64,000 bases of DNA, taken from the sequence record MG655267.1. One strand, 5' to 3'. Below are positions 27,373 through 36,101 of the stretch, piece by piece; positions within the stretch are counted from its first letter, which is position 1; the number at the start of each line of letters is the position of its first letter. A program made the position numbers and the translations under genes. The notes under the pieces are model-generated. The model saw only the letters and a program-made list of their open reading frames with translations. It made no database searches and was not told where the DNA came from.

Positions 27373-27678
27373 ATGTGTAACATGCGATCGGATTGGTTTG
27401 TAGAAGACGAACCGTCCATGAAGGAAAGTGATCCGCATTTCGACAACAAAGCAATGGATGGCTTGATGGCAAAGATCCGTGACTTTGTTAAAGAGAGTGA
27501 TGCGGCGACCTATGTCCCGCAAGCCCTGTTTGGCGAAGCCGGTAAAGTTAACCTGTCCAAAGTGGCAGCAGTAACCCGTCCGGTCGATCACCTCATTACC
27601 CTGAACCCAGTGGCCAATGACGGTGATGTGTACCTGGACTTCGCGCGAGGGAAGCGACGTGGATATAAACCCCACTGA
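27373..27678 (+). CDS. Hypothetical protein
   Basis: 101 aa, RBS aggag. Confidence 0.65.
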   Translation: MCNMRSDWFVEDEPSMKESDPHFDNKAMDGLMAKIRDFVKESDAATYVPQALFGEAGKVNLSKVAAVTRPVDHLITLNPVANDGDVYLDFARGKRRGYKPH

Positions 27679-27889
27679 AGTTAACATCGAGCAGGCCAAT
27701 CGTTATGAGGGGTCTACCGATGATTTGGTCCAGCAAGCTAATGATCGTGGTTTTCTCCAGGGGATTCGTATCACTTCTGGCGAGGACATCGATCCAAGCA
27801 TTTGGACGCCTGAGAAGATCGAAAAGTTGAAAGCTGCACTTCGACATATTCGTGACTCAGAACAACGCATCAAAGGTAGCCAGGGGTAA
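27659..27889 (+). CDS. Hypothetical protein
   Basis: Likely GTG start at 27659 (RBS gaggg). Confidence 0.55.
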   Translation: MDINPTEVNIEQANRYEGSTDDLVQQANDRGFLQGIRITSGEDIDPSIWTPEKIEKLKAALRHIRDSEQRIKGSQG

Positions 27890-27907
27890 CACCCTGGCTT
27901 TATGCCG
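27878..27907 (+). terminator. Hairpin + TTATGCCG element
   Basis: agccaggg-gtaaca-ccctggct then ttatgccg. Confidence 0.7.
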
Positions 27908-27927
27908 GTTTAACGAGGACGTGTAAC

Positions 27928-28383
27928 ATGGAATCGAGCGGTTTGATTACGCTGGCAATGCTCTTTTTAACCTTCGTCATCGGGTTGTGTTGTTGGCTGA
28001 CGCGTTTCATACGCTATCACACCAACCGCTACACCGTTGACACCAAGAAGGCATTAAAGCAATTTGCCTGTAAGCTTGAAAGAGTACTGGATGTCCCGCA
28101 GCCGTATTCGCTGGCACAAAGCGAAATGACAAGGCTGGATAATGAACTGAACGCTTCTCTCTTCCTCTTTGAAGAGATCACAGGGAAGATCCACGATGAA
28201 ACCAGTCGACTGTACCTGGAGTCAAGTTTCATGGTGGTGCGCGGCACTCAACACGATACCCCGATTCGTATCTGTGTGGCGAACACAATCTTCAGCCTGT
28301 CAACGACTAACCACAATCACCACAGCGTCATGAAGGTCATCAACGACTTTAATAACCGCTTGGCTAAAATTGTAGAAAGTTAA
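27928..28383 (+). CDS. Hypothetical membrane-anchored protein
   Basis: 151 aa, N-terminal TM segment LITLAMLFLTFVIGLCCWL, RBS gagga. Confidence 0.7.
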   Translation: MESSGLITLAMLFLTFVIGLCCWLTRFIRYHTNRYTVDTKKALKQFACKLERVLDVPQPYSLAQSEMTRLDNELNASLFLFEEITGKIHDETSRLYLESSFMVVRGTQHDTPIRICVANTIFSLSTTNHNHHSVMKVINDFNNRLAKIVES

Positions 28384-28389
28384 GCACAG

Positions 28390-28420
28390 AAAAACTCAGA
28401 CCTATATCACGCCCGTGATA
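28390..28420 (+). promoter_or_regulatory. Putative phage early promoter, copy 3
   Basis: aaaaactcagacctatatcacgcccgtgata is a variant of the 5600/6206 repeat and contains a perfect TATCAC-N4-GTGATA dyad. Confidence 0.6.
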
Positions 28421-28458
28421 GACCCCTCAACCCCCATTAATCTTAAGTGAGTTCAATC

Positions 28459-28899
28459 ATGAAATACGTTTACACTATTATCGCTGTTCTTGGTTTCTCT
28501 TTTGTGTCTGTTGCATTTGCTGCAGATCAAACCAAAGTGGTGAAAGGCTGGTACGCCGAATACAACACGGCTTCGGTCCTGTATTCTGCTGGGCCAAAGA
28601 AAGGACAAGAATTGACCATGGAATGTGTATTAGGTGGTTGGACGTTTGCGTATGCAGACAAGATGGGCGAGGAGATAAACTCGGTCGATGATGACATGAC
28701 AATCCTGGTCGACGGTGCAGCCTTTGCTGTGCCGAAGACGCAGGGTCAACGTGAGAAGTTATACGCCGCCATTCAGCACGCTAAGAGTGGTATTCAATAC
28801 AAGACCCACGCCTATGGTGCGTCGGTAGTATTCCCAGTGGATGGCTTGGCCGAGATGTTTCGTGACCTGCCGTTTGAAGTCAGCCCGTGCATGAGCTAA
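28459..28899 (+). CDS. Exported (Sec signal peptide) protein
   Basis: MKYVYTIIAVLGFSFVSVAFA-ADQ has a basic n-region, a hydrophobic core and an AFA cleavage site. Confidence 0.7.
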   Translation: MKYVYTIIAVLGFSFVSVAFAADQTKVVKGWYAEYNTASVLYSAGPKKGQELTMECVLGGWTFAYADKMGEEINSVDDDMTILVDGAAFAVPKTQGQREKLYAAIQHAKSGIQYKTHAYGASVVFPVDGLAEMFRDLPFEVSPCMS

Positions 28900-28912
28900 A
28901 AGGAAAACAATT

Positions 28913-29614
28913 GTGATGATCCCTACCAAACAAATTAAACGTAGCTACCGTCTGATCAAAGTGACTGCCGATGTAACACGGGATAACTGGATCGGGAAAG
29001 ACATCGATTTCATTGTTCAGCCCAATAAAGACATGATCGACGACACCACACGTGGTGGACCTAATCGCCTGCTCGCGACATACATCGTGCTGGGTAACCG
29101 TATTCCTGTAACCGTTAACAGCCATGCGACCATTACCCGGGAAGAAGGCTTGCAGGATCTGCAGGTCAGTATTGTCGATGGTCAGTCAAAATACATTGAC
29201 ATCAGTAATGTGCGTTACGTTGTGTCGTGTGAGTTAGAAGAGCACTTCACCTACACTCCACCAAAAGAACCTTCGCTACTTGATCAGCTGGTTGGCGGAC
29301 CAATGGGTGACCCAGCCCATATGTTCATTATCGATGAAAACTATAACGTCTTTGTCGGCACAGCGAACGATTCACAGGAAGATTATACCTTGGCTGGTCG
29401 TCTGATCAGTAACCTCGGTTCTCATGATGCTGAAGCTAATGATTTGGAGATTATCGGCAGTTATCCTGATGACCAAGGTGACCACTATTACGTCTCCATT
29501 GACTGGAACAAGTCATTCATTTCCGGGATTTCCAACAACGAGAAATGCGCATGGTTTAACCAACTCGATGCACTGGTAGCAATGTTACTGGAAAAGATTA
29601 AAGTTACAGTGTAA
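28913..29614 (+). CDS. Hypothetical protein
   Basis: 233 aa, RBS aagga. Confidence 0.75.
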   Translation: MMIPTKQIKRSYRLIKVTADVTRDNWIGKDIDFIVQPNKDMIDDTTRGGPNRLLATYIVLGNRIPVTVNSHATITREEGLQDLQVSIVDGQSKYIDISNVRYVVSCELEEHFTYTPPKEPSLLDQLVGGPMGDPAHMFIIDENYNVFVGTANDSQEDYTLAGRLISNLGSHDAEANDLEIIGSYPDDQGDHYYVSIDWNKSFISGISNNEKCAWFNQLDALVAMLLEKIKVTV

Positions 29615-29622
29615 GTAATATC

Positions 29623-29656
29623 AGGCAGGGGGACTACTCTCTGCCTTTATTTTTTG
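29623..29656 (+). terminator. Rho-independent terminator
   Basis: aggcagggg-gacta-ctctctgcct plus a T run. Confidence 0.65.
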
Positions 29657-29729
29657 TGGTATTCTGCCACAGAAAACTACTGGCCATACTGCCAGTGGTA
29701 TTCACTCAATAGACTGTGAGGAATAAACG

Positions 29730-30287
29730 ATGTTTGATAAAATTGAAGGATTGGCTGATGTGATCGAGCTGAAGTACGGCTTGCTTGATATCACCTATCA
29801 CCGCGATAACGACAAAGACCTCTATGTCGATGTCTTTTATAAAGACACACGCTTGTCAAGCCGGCGTGACCTGACCGATGCCCTGGACTACGCTTATATC
29901 GGTGTGCGGTTGTGTAACCCTCAGTTCGGTGCCTGGTGTTATGGTGCTGAGCGTGAGTTGGTCATGTCGCATTTAATGGACGCATTGAGAATGGTGGGTA
30001 AGCCTGCACCCAGGGCGGTTGAAGACTCACGGTTAAAGACAGGGATTCATCGTACCATTCAGCTGCTTGCCGAGAACGGTAACCTGCATCCGAAAGAGGA
30101 TGATATCCGCATCACGATCCATCGTGCAGCACGAGTGGACTACGGTTCAACAGATACCATCGAAACAACCATCAGCATGACCAACCACGATATTACTATT
30201 AGTAAGCGACGGATTGAGTGTGTCAGTGGTGAGATGCGGGATTTACAAGCATGGGCGCGTAAGTTATATGCGAGACACTTTGAATAA
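29730..30287 (+). CDS. Hypothetical protein
   Basis: 185 aa, RBS gagga. Confidence 0.75.
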   Translation: MFDKIEGLADVIELKYGLLDITYHRDNDKDLYVDVFYKDTRLSSRRDLTDALDYAYIGVRLCNPQFGAWCYGAERELVMSHLMDALRMVGKPAPRAVEDSRLKTGIHRTIQLLAENGNLHPKEDDIRITIHRAARVDYGSTDTIETTISMTNHDITISKRRIECVSGEMRDLQAWARKLYARHFE

Positions 30288-30297
30288 CGAGGTAGCT

Positions 30298-30699
30298 ATG
30301 GGTAGTGCGTACTGTAAGGTTGTGGCAATCCACAGCATCTATGTACACAGTGCAGCGATGGAAGCGGTATCCGCTAAATACAGGAGCTGTTTTCGTTTGG
30401 CGTATAACTTCGTGAATGCTACGCAGTTAGCCCAACAGCTACGGCTTGCCGTGAAGAACAGCGAAATCCTGATTGTCGATACCAGTGACTTTACTCGCCG
30501 GGCACTTAACAATCTTAATGAGCAGTTCTACTGCATCTATCCGGGTGAGGAACAACATTCCGATATGTCAATCAAGCATCAGCGTAACTGTCGCATGACG
30601 CCTGACTGTATTCATATCGAAATTCAAAACCTCAGCGACTTTGAGCGCTTAAACTGGGAAGTTCGACCCGATGCAGGGTTAAGGATATCACGCCGTTAG
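30298..30699 (+). CDS. Hypothetical protein
   Basis: Likely start at 30298 (RBS gaggt). Confidence 0.65.
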   Translation: MGSAYCKVVAIHSIYVHSAAMEAVSAKYRSCFRLAYNFVNATQLAQQLRLAVKNSEILIVDTSDFTRRALNNLNEQFYCIYPGEEQHSDMSIKHQRNCRMTPDCIHIEIQNLSDFERLNWEVRPDAGLRISRR

Positions 30700-30701
30700 A
30701 A

Positions 30702-30740
30702 CGGCATATAGGCCCTCCGTAATGGAGGGCCTTTTATGAC
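30702..30740. terminator. Bidirectional hairpin between convergent genes
   Basis: cggcata, then ggccctcc-gtaat-ggagggcc, then ttttatgac. Confidence 0.7.
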
Positions 30741-30764
30741 ATCTTTTTTTTTTGGTTTACAGCG

Positions 30765-31160
30765 TTATACCAGGCGCTGAGTTAACTGCGAACTATATTG
30801 AATAGCGTGATAGGTCGCAGGTTTCTCAAGCTGCTCGGTGCAGCGGTAGACTGGGGTCTTCATAAAAGGACAACCGGCATTCATTAATGCCTCACGGTTG
30901 CTGGGTGACTCATCAACGCGAATCACCACATCCGTGGACTGGAAGCCAAAGACTTCCCGCTTCGTTGCAGTATATTCTGCATCCAGCACCACGATCTTAC
31001 GGTTGATCACCAGCTTCACGGCCACCGGGTATTTGATTACCAGGTCTGACCCTAAGCCCGCCAAGACAAACTTAATGACAAACTTCTTAAGTCCATTTAG
31101 CAACTGACTCTCACTGGCCCAACTTTTAACAATCTGCAGCATGTGTGTATTTCCACTCAT
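30765..31160 (-). CDS. Hypothetical protein (start at 31160 or 31142)
   Basis: Minus-strand ORF downstream of the chaperone-like pair. Confidence 0.55.
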   Translation of the reverse strand: MSGNTHMLQIVKSWASESQLLNGLKKFVIKFVLAGLGSDLVIKYPVAVKLVINRKIVVLDAEYTATKREVFGFQSTDVVIRVDESPSNREALMNAGCPFMKTPVYRCTEQLEKPATYHAIQYSSQLTQRLV

Positions 31161-31217
31161 ATAAGGGGAAGTTAAGAAAAGCAACCTGAGGGTCCGTCCG
31201 TGATCCCTCATAATGTA

Positions 31218-31680
31218 TTACTTCATACCGTCCAACTGCTTTTGAAGTTCCTTTAACTGACGGCTTGCATCCGGCGTCTCGGCGTCATGATCTCTGATCG
31301 CTTCAATAAACGACTTCCGTTTGCAATAAGGATACTTCATCCATTTATCAAATGACAAACCAAATTTGCCCAAGATATCCGCACGCAGATATTCGAGCTC
31401 ATACTTTCGATACCCAACTAACGCCAGCGAGTCTTCCTGCTCGACCTGTAAGATTAACGAGAGCGGCGAGGTTTCCACGTTATGGTCAATAATCCCAAAC
31501 GTGTCATCGTAAAGCTCTGTTAATCGAATTAGTGGATACTCCCAGTTCTCGGTAAGAAACGTGGGGTTTTCTAACGCGACATCCCAGGCATCGGACCGAT
31601 CACTTTCGGACAGACCGAAATCCCAATGGATTAGATGTCGGCTTGATCGAACGTCTGATTCAGTGTATTCGTCATTAGGG
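31218..31680 (-). CDS. T4 gp51-like / 'GT-extension'-like tail assembly chaperone part, probably reached by -1 frameshift
   Basis: The C-terminal KFGLSFDKWMKYPYCKRKSFIEAI resembles gp51/TAC-T motifs. There is no ATG between the upstream stop and residue W-M near the end. Confidence 0.55.
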
Positions 31681-33250
31681 TAAAAAAAACCCGTGCTACG
31701 TTCAGCGGGGTGTATGCCGGGAAGGTGTTGCTCACCAGCGGTTGACGCGCCTGGCAGTTCGGGCATTTCCAACGCGGCACCGCAACCACACCGACCGTTA
31801 CCCGGTTGATGAACTTGTTCAGCTCTTCAAAGAACGGTTTACGCATATCCGGGGTTGCACTGAATTGCTTCAGCAGTAATGCCACGTCATCGGCCGACTC
31901 AACATAGTTGCCATCGTTGAACTCGATCTTGGTCACCCAGTGGGCGTAACCGCGCATGGAGGACAGCGCTGCCTGTTTGTTGATGTGCTGCTCACGCTGC
32001 TCACGCGTCATGCTGTCGTTGAAGCTGTCGGTGATCGCTTGTTGAATACCGTTGATCCAGGCATAACCCGCTGCATTCTTATCTTCGAGTGATGGCACCC
32101 GCAGATAGAACTTCACATCTTTCACAGTGATGACATTGTCTTTCATCACTTCAAAGCCGGTCTGATAGGCAATGACCTGCTCGACGGTACGGCCGCTGAA
32201 GTGAGACATGTGCGCACGCTGGGTTGGTGACAGACGATTGTTGTCAATGATCGACAGACGAGAGACGTTAACTTTCGCTGCTTCAACATGCACACACTTC
32301 TTCGGATCGGCGGCACAGGCAGTGACCATGTGGTAGCCAGACTTAAAGCGTGCGCCCAGGTAGGCGTTAGCGATCAGATCGAGATCCTGCTCTTTGATTA
32401 ACGGCAGCAGGGTTTTCTTATCGGAGACGCCGATGCTGCTGTCAGTGACCATACCCAGCAGGAAGTCAGTCATGTGCTTACGCACCACGACATCCAGGTT
32501 GTTAAACACCAGACCGTTGGTACGACGACCGAGGATCGCTTTCTCAGCCATGATGGCGGTTTGCATATCCACAAACTCATCATCACCGGCAATCAGCAAC
32601 GTAACCCAGATACCAGAATGTGGCAGCGGCAGATGGACATAGTCGCCCATGTTCATCACGCCACGAGCACGCATCACTGCCTGTGGACCGGTCAGCAGTT
32701 TAGTGCCTTCGGTACTGCGCTTCACTGGCGGGCGAGAAACACCCTGCACTTTGTTATTGTCGAGCAGAATACCCTGCAGCCACTGCGCACCATCTTGACG
32801 AATGGTCAGGTTCAGACCAGAACGGTACGACAGGTTGGTGATGGCGTTACTGGCCAGGGATAGCCAGATCATCGCTTTATCAGCACCGTACAGACTGACG
32901 ATCTCTTTTAAGATCTTCTTGTCTTCGGTGTTGGTGTCGATCTCATTGATCAGCGCCGTCGCTGCATCGTAATCCTGATGCATAATAGACAGCACACCTT
33001 CCGTGCCGACATCCTCCATGGAATTCAGCTTTTCAATGATCGGGTTCTGATAGAGCGGATCGAACGCCTGCTCAACGGCTTCAGCTTCAGGTGCTTCAGC
33101 TTCGCCCTGTTGGCCGGTTTCTGCTGGCTCGGGATCGGTGCCAATAGTACCAGTAGTCGCCGGACGGCCTGGATCAACTTCAGGAATACCAGAGTGGTTT
33201 TCTTCAACAGGCTCTTGCTGTGACAGAATGGATGGGTTATCACCGGACAT
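31631..33250 (-). CDS. Conserved chimallivirus tail/baseplate assembly protein (T4 gp26-like/TAC-like) with Cys motifs
   Basis: 539 aa with an acidic N-terminus, CAADPKKC, WKCPNC and a terminal VFFTL. Strong RBS (aaggtaagga). Confidence 0.65.
   Translation of the reverse strand: MSGDNPSILSQQEPVEENHSGIPEVDPGRPATTGTIGTDPEPAETGQQGEAEAPEAEAVEQAFDPLYQNPIIEKLNSMEDVGTEGVLSIMHQDYDAATALINEIDTNTEDKKILKEIVSLYGADKAMIWLSLASNAITNLSYRSGLNLTIRQDGAQWLQGILLDNNKVQGVSRPPVKRSTEGTKLLTGPQAVMRARGVMNMGDYVHLPLPHSGIWVTLLIAGDDEFVDMQTAIMAEKAILGRRTNGLVFNNLDVVVRKHMTDFLLGMVTDSSIGVSDKKTLLPLIKEQDLDLIANAYLGARFKSGYHMVTACAADPKKCVHVEAAKVNVSRLSIIDNNRLSPTQRAHMSHFSGRTVEQVIAYQTGFEVMKDNVITVKDVKFYLRVPSLEDKNAAGYAWINGIQQAITDSFNDSMTREQREQHINKQAALSSMRGYAHWVTKIEFNDGNYVESADDVALLLKQFSATPDMRKPFFEELNKFINRVTVGVVAVPRWKCPNCQARQPLVSNTFPAYTPLNVARVFFTLMTNTLNQTFDQADI
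31682..31692 (-). other. Candidate -1 ribosomal frameshift slippery site (G GTT TTT TTT A)
   Basis: A run of 8 T on the minus strand gives the heptamer T TTT TTT in frame 0 of 31631-33250. The -1 frame is the open 31218 ORF. Confidence 0.55.
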
Positions 33251-33267
33251 TATGCTTATCCTTACCT

Positions 33268-33735
33268 TTACTTTTTAGTGGGGTCGACCTGAACCGGGTC
33301 ATTGAGTTTGCTTGCTGCGCCAGCGGCAACCGCGTTAGCATGGGCGCTGTCTGACATGGTCAGAATGGCAGCACCGTGACGTTGCATCGCATCCAGCAAT
33401 TTACTCTGCAGGACGATGTATTGTTCGTGCACACTGAGGAAGTCAGCGATGGTGCTGTCATGCAAGGCATAACCGGTTTTGCCTTGATGCTGCTGCTTGA
33501 TCATCGGCAGTGTTTCATCGATCTCTTTGACTACAGCCAGCGCCGCTTCGATGTGCGAGCTTAACGCAGAGGGGTTTGGCTGAAAGCGAATGATGTTGGT
33601 GTTGACGGCCATGAGGCAAGTGTTGCTCAGCTCATTGCGCAAATTAATCGTATAAGTTGCCGCAGAATCCAGGTACTCCCAGAACTGATCGGGCTGATGG
33701 ACCTCTGGTGCGAGAGGCGGTTCATTGGTTGACAT
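33268..33735 (-). CDS. Conserved hypothetical protein
   Basis: 155-aa helical protein, RBS aagga. First gene of the minus-strand unit. Confidence 0.7.
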   Translation of the reverse strand: MSTNEPPLAPEVHQPDQFWEYLDSAATYTINLRNELSNTCLMAVNTNIIRFQPNPSALSSHIEAALAVVKEIDETLPMIKQQHQGKTGYALHDSTIADFLSVHEQYIVLQSKLLDAMQRHGAAILTMSDSAHANAVAAGAASKLNDPVQVDPTKK

Positions 33736-33827
33736 AACGGGTCCTTGAGGTGATTTATCTTGTGGCTTACATATATTGACACTACTAATGTCAACAATTA
33801 CAACGTTTATACGGAAAAGGCACGGTC

Positions 33828-34739
33828 ATGAGTGATTTTACTGACTTAACGAAATTGAAGACCGAATTACCACAAAACATCCAAAAGATTGATGAGCAGG
33901 ATGATGTGGGTGACTTCAGCGATCTTAACGACTACCTCATGACCATCATTCCGGATGAACGGCGTGAGCGCTTGATCGCGATCTGTCAAAACCTGAGCAC
34001 CCTGCAATATCATCAAGTCCAGCCCGATGTGGATCGGTTACTGATGATGGCCAACGACGGTGAAGCGCCGTCGGTACTCGATGACTTGACCCGGTTGTTA
34101 TTTGAACACGCTTATGACTTAACGAAAAACATGGGCTTTAACTGGGCTGATGAGATTGAGTTTGATCAGCTGTTCCTGCTCGGTGATGTAATCGAAGGTG
34201 CCATGTTGATTGATGGCATGGAAGACTACGGCGACCTCTCAGCGATCCTGGATGGGGATGACTCAGTTGAAGAGAAGGTGGTGGATATCTGGGGCCTGGT
34301 GCTCGACAAAGACATGCACCATCTCTTTGAACAGATCCAGTCCATCGAACCGGCGGTGATCAGCGGGATCAAGCAAGTCACGACCCGACCGTATGCCGAA
34401 GACGATTATGCAGATGTGCAGCGCCCACTTGAGTTCGTGGTTGAGCGGTTGGTGAAAGTCCGTGAAATGATGAAGACCGATGGCATTGCTTACCAGCATG
34501 TGGCCAAGGGCGGGGCATTAGGCGTTGAGCTCGATTCACTGATCACGCTCTACACCCCTGAGTTGAATGCCGTGACCGATCCGATCGAACTGACCGACCT
34601 GCTGGTTGCCTTTACCCTGATCAGCAACACCCCGGATGGGTTGGTGAAATCCACCGCATCCCGGTTGGCAGAAAAATGGATTGATGATATCGAAGTCATC
34701 AATGTGGTAGGTAAACATATCGACAGGTATCCCGTGTGA
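33828..34739 (+). CDS. Conserved acidic protein (phiKZ gp79 position), probable virion protein
   Basis: 303 aa, directly upstream of and overlapping the vRNAP gene. Confidence 0.65.
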   Translation: MSDFTDLTKLKTELPQNIQKIDEQDDVGDFSDLNDYLMTIIPDERRERLIAICQNLSTLQYHQVQPDVDRLLMMANDGEAPSVLDDLTRLLFEHAYDLTKNMGFNWADEIEFDQLFLLGDVIEGAMLIDGMEDYGDLSAILDGDDSVEEKVVDIWGLVLDKDMHHLFEQIQSIEPAVISGIKQVTTRPYAEDDYADVQRPLEFVVERLVKVREMMKTDGIAYQHVAKGGALGVELDSLITLYTPELNAVTDPIELTDLLVAFTLISNTPDGLVKSTASRLAEKWIDDIEVINVVGKHIDRYPV

Positions 34740-36046
34740 ATATTCGCGACTATTTAATCATGGCCTTTCGGGCAGGGGCTTACAAGCAACGCCAGTGGGT
34801 GTTGAGTGTCATGAGTATCACCCAGACCCCGGATGGTAAATCCGTAGCAGACAGTATGATCCCGTATCAGGCACACCGCATCAACATCGGTGCGACACTC
34901 GATTGGGCTTACTGGGACGACTTCAACAAAACCTTTGTGCCGATCGAGGGAGTGGATGTTAACTTCCCGTTGTTTCGACCCGAGGATCAATACACACTAC
35001 AACCTGGGGATTTCGCCAATGTCACTGAAGAAGTTACTACTACTTTCGGCCGTATTCTGGCTAACCATTATTATTTTATCGATGTGGTCGGTGAACGTGT
35101 CCCCTTTCAGAACGTAGAATTCAACCGCGGGATGCTGGAGAAGATCTACAAGGCCCGGGTATTAGAAGACGCCCAGGACTTGCGGCGTTCTGATCCGTTC
35201 TACCTGACCGTCGATGAATTCAAACGCTCCGTGGATAATGGCTTTGCCTTGGGTGGGTTGTCAAAACTCTGTGTGCCGACTGCTTGTCCGGAAACCATGT
35301 ACCCGCCGAAGTTCATCATCGAAATGCGTGACCGTCTGTTTGAAGAGCACAAGGATGAGCTCAACAACCCGGTGGTCATGGGGCGTATTCAGGATGAGCT
35401 GTTAAAGCACTATCGTGAGTTCCTGATGTCCACCCCGTCAGCCAAGTTCTTTGTGATCAAGAAGACCATCGACCAGGCCTTCAACAACATGTTCCTGACC
35501 GGTGGTATTGCGGGGGCTTTTGGTGGTAACACTGTTATTACCAACTCGCTGTACGAAGGCTGGAACCTGAAGAACTTCCCGGCGTTAGTGAACGGCTCTA
35601 TCGAAGCTTCCTTTGACCGTGGTGCAGCTACAGCTGATGGCGGCGAGAAAGTGAAGATGTTGATCCGTGCCACGCAGAACATCCGTATCACCGATGATGA
35701 TTGTGGAACTCAGCTTGGGGTGCCGTGGGTGATTGAAGATGCCGGCAAGGCACGCTTCATTAACTCTTACATACTGGATAAGGGTGTGACGATTCTGTTA
35801 ACTCCGGAGAACATTGATAAGTTCGTCGGTAAACCAGTCATGACCCGTTCACCCAGCTTCTGTAAGAAATCCCATGGCGACTCCTGTAAGTTCTGCGTCG
35901 GTGCGCATAACGCCACCAACCCACGCGGGATGTCTTCTGGTACCTCGAAGATCGGTTCTACCCTGATGTTGTTATCGATGAAAGCGATGCATAAAGGCAG
36001 TAAGATCGATCTGATCGAGTATAACCTTGATGAGGTCTTTAACTGA
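34736..36046 (+). CDS. Virion RNA polymerase beta' C-terminal subunit (phiKZ gp80-like)
   Basis: SFDRGAATADGG (bridge-helix region), DDCGT, RSPSFC...CKFCVG and LSMKAMH (trigger-loop-like). Confidence 0.9.
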   Translation: MNIRDYLIMAFRAGAYKQRQWVLSVMSITQTPDGKSVADSMIPYQAHRINIGATLDWAYWDDFNKTFVPIEGVDVNFPLFRPEDQYTLQPGDFANVTEEVTTTFGRILANHYYFIDVVGERVPFQNVEFNRGMLEKIYKARVLEDAQDLRRSDPFYLTVDEFKRSVDNGFALGGLSKLCVPTACPETMYPPKFIIEMRDRLFEEHKDELNNPVVMGRIQDELLKHYREFLMSTPSAKFFVIKKTIDQAFNNMFLTGGIAGAFGGNTVITNSLYEGWNLKNFPALVNGSIEASFDRGAATADGGEKVKMLIRATQNIRITDDDCGTQLGVPWVIEDAGKARFINSYILDKGVTILLTPENIDKFVGKPVMTRSPSFCKKSHGDSCKFCVGAHNATNPRGMSSGTSKIGSTLMLLSMKAMHKGSKIDLIEYNLDEVFN

Positions 36047-36055
36047 GGATATCTG

Positions 36056-36069
36056 AAACCTACATTATA
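36056..36069 (+). promoter_or_regulatory. Putative phage promoter
   Basis: aaacctacattata, matching the 12149/17290 motif. Confidence 0.45.
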
Positions 36070-36101
36070 AAAAGGATATGATTTAATAAAAGGAGTTCCC
36101 G

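Noticed and set aside
29668-29702. Imperfect inverted repeat actactggc-catact-gccagtggt upstream of 29730
   Set aside because: It is a single instance and does not match the promoter or terminator motifs, so no function can be supported.
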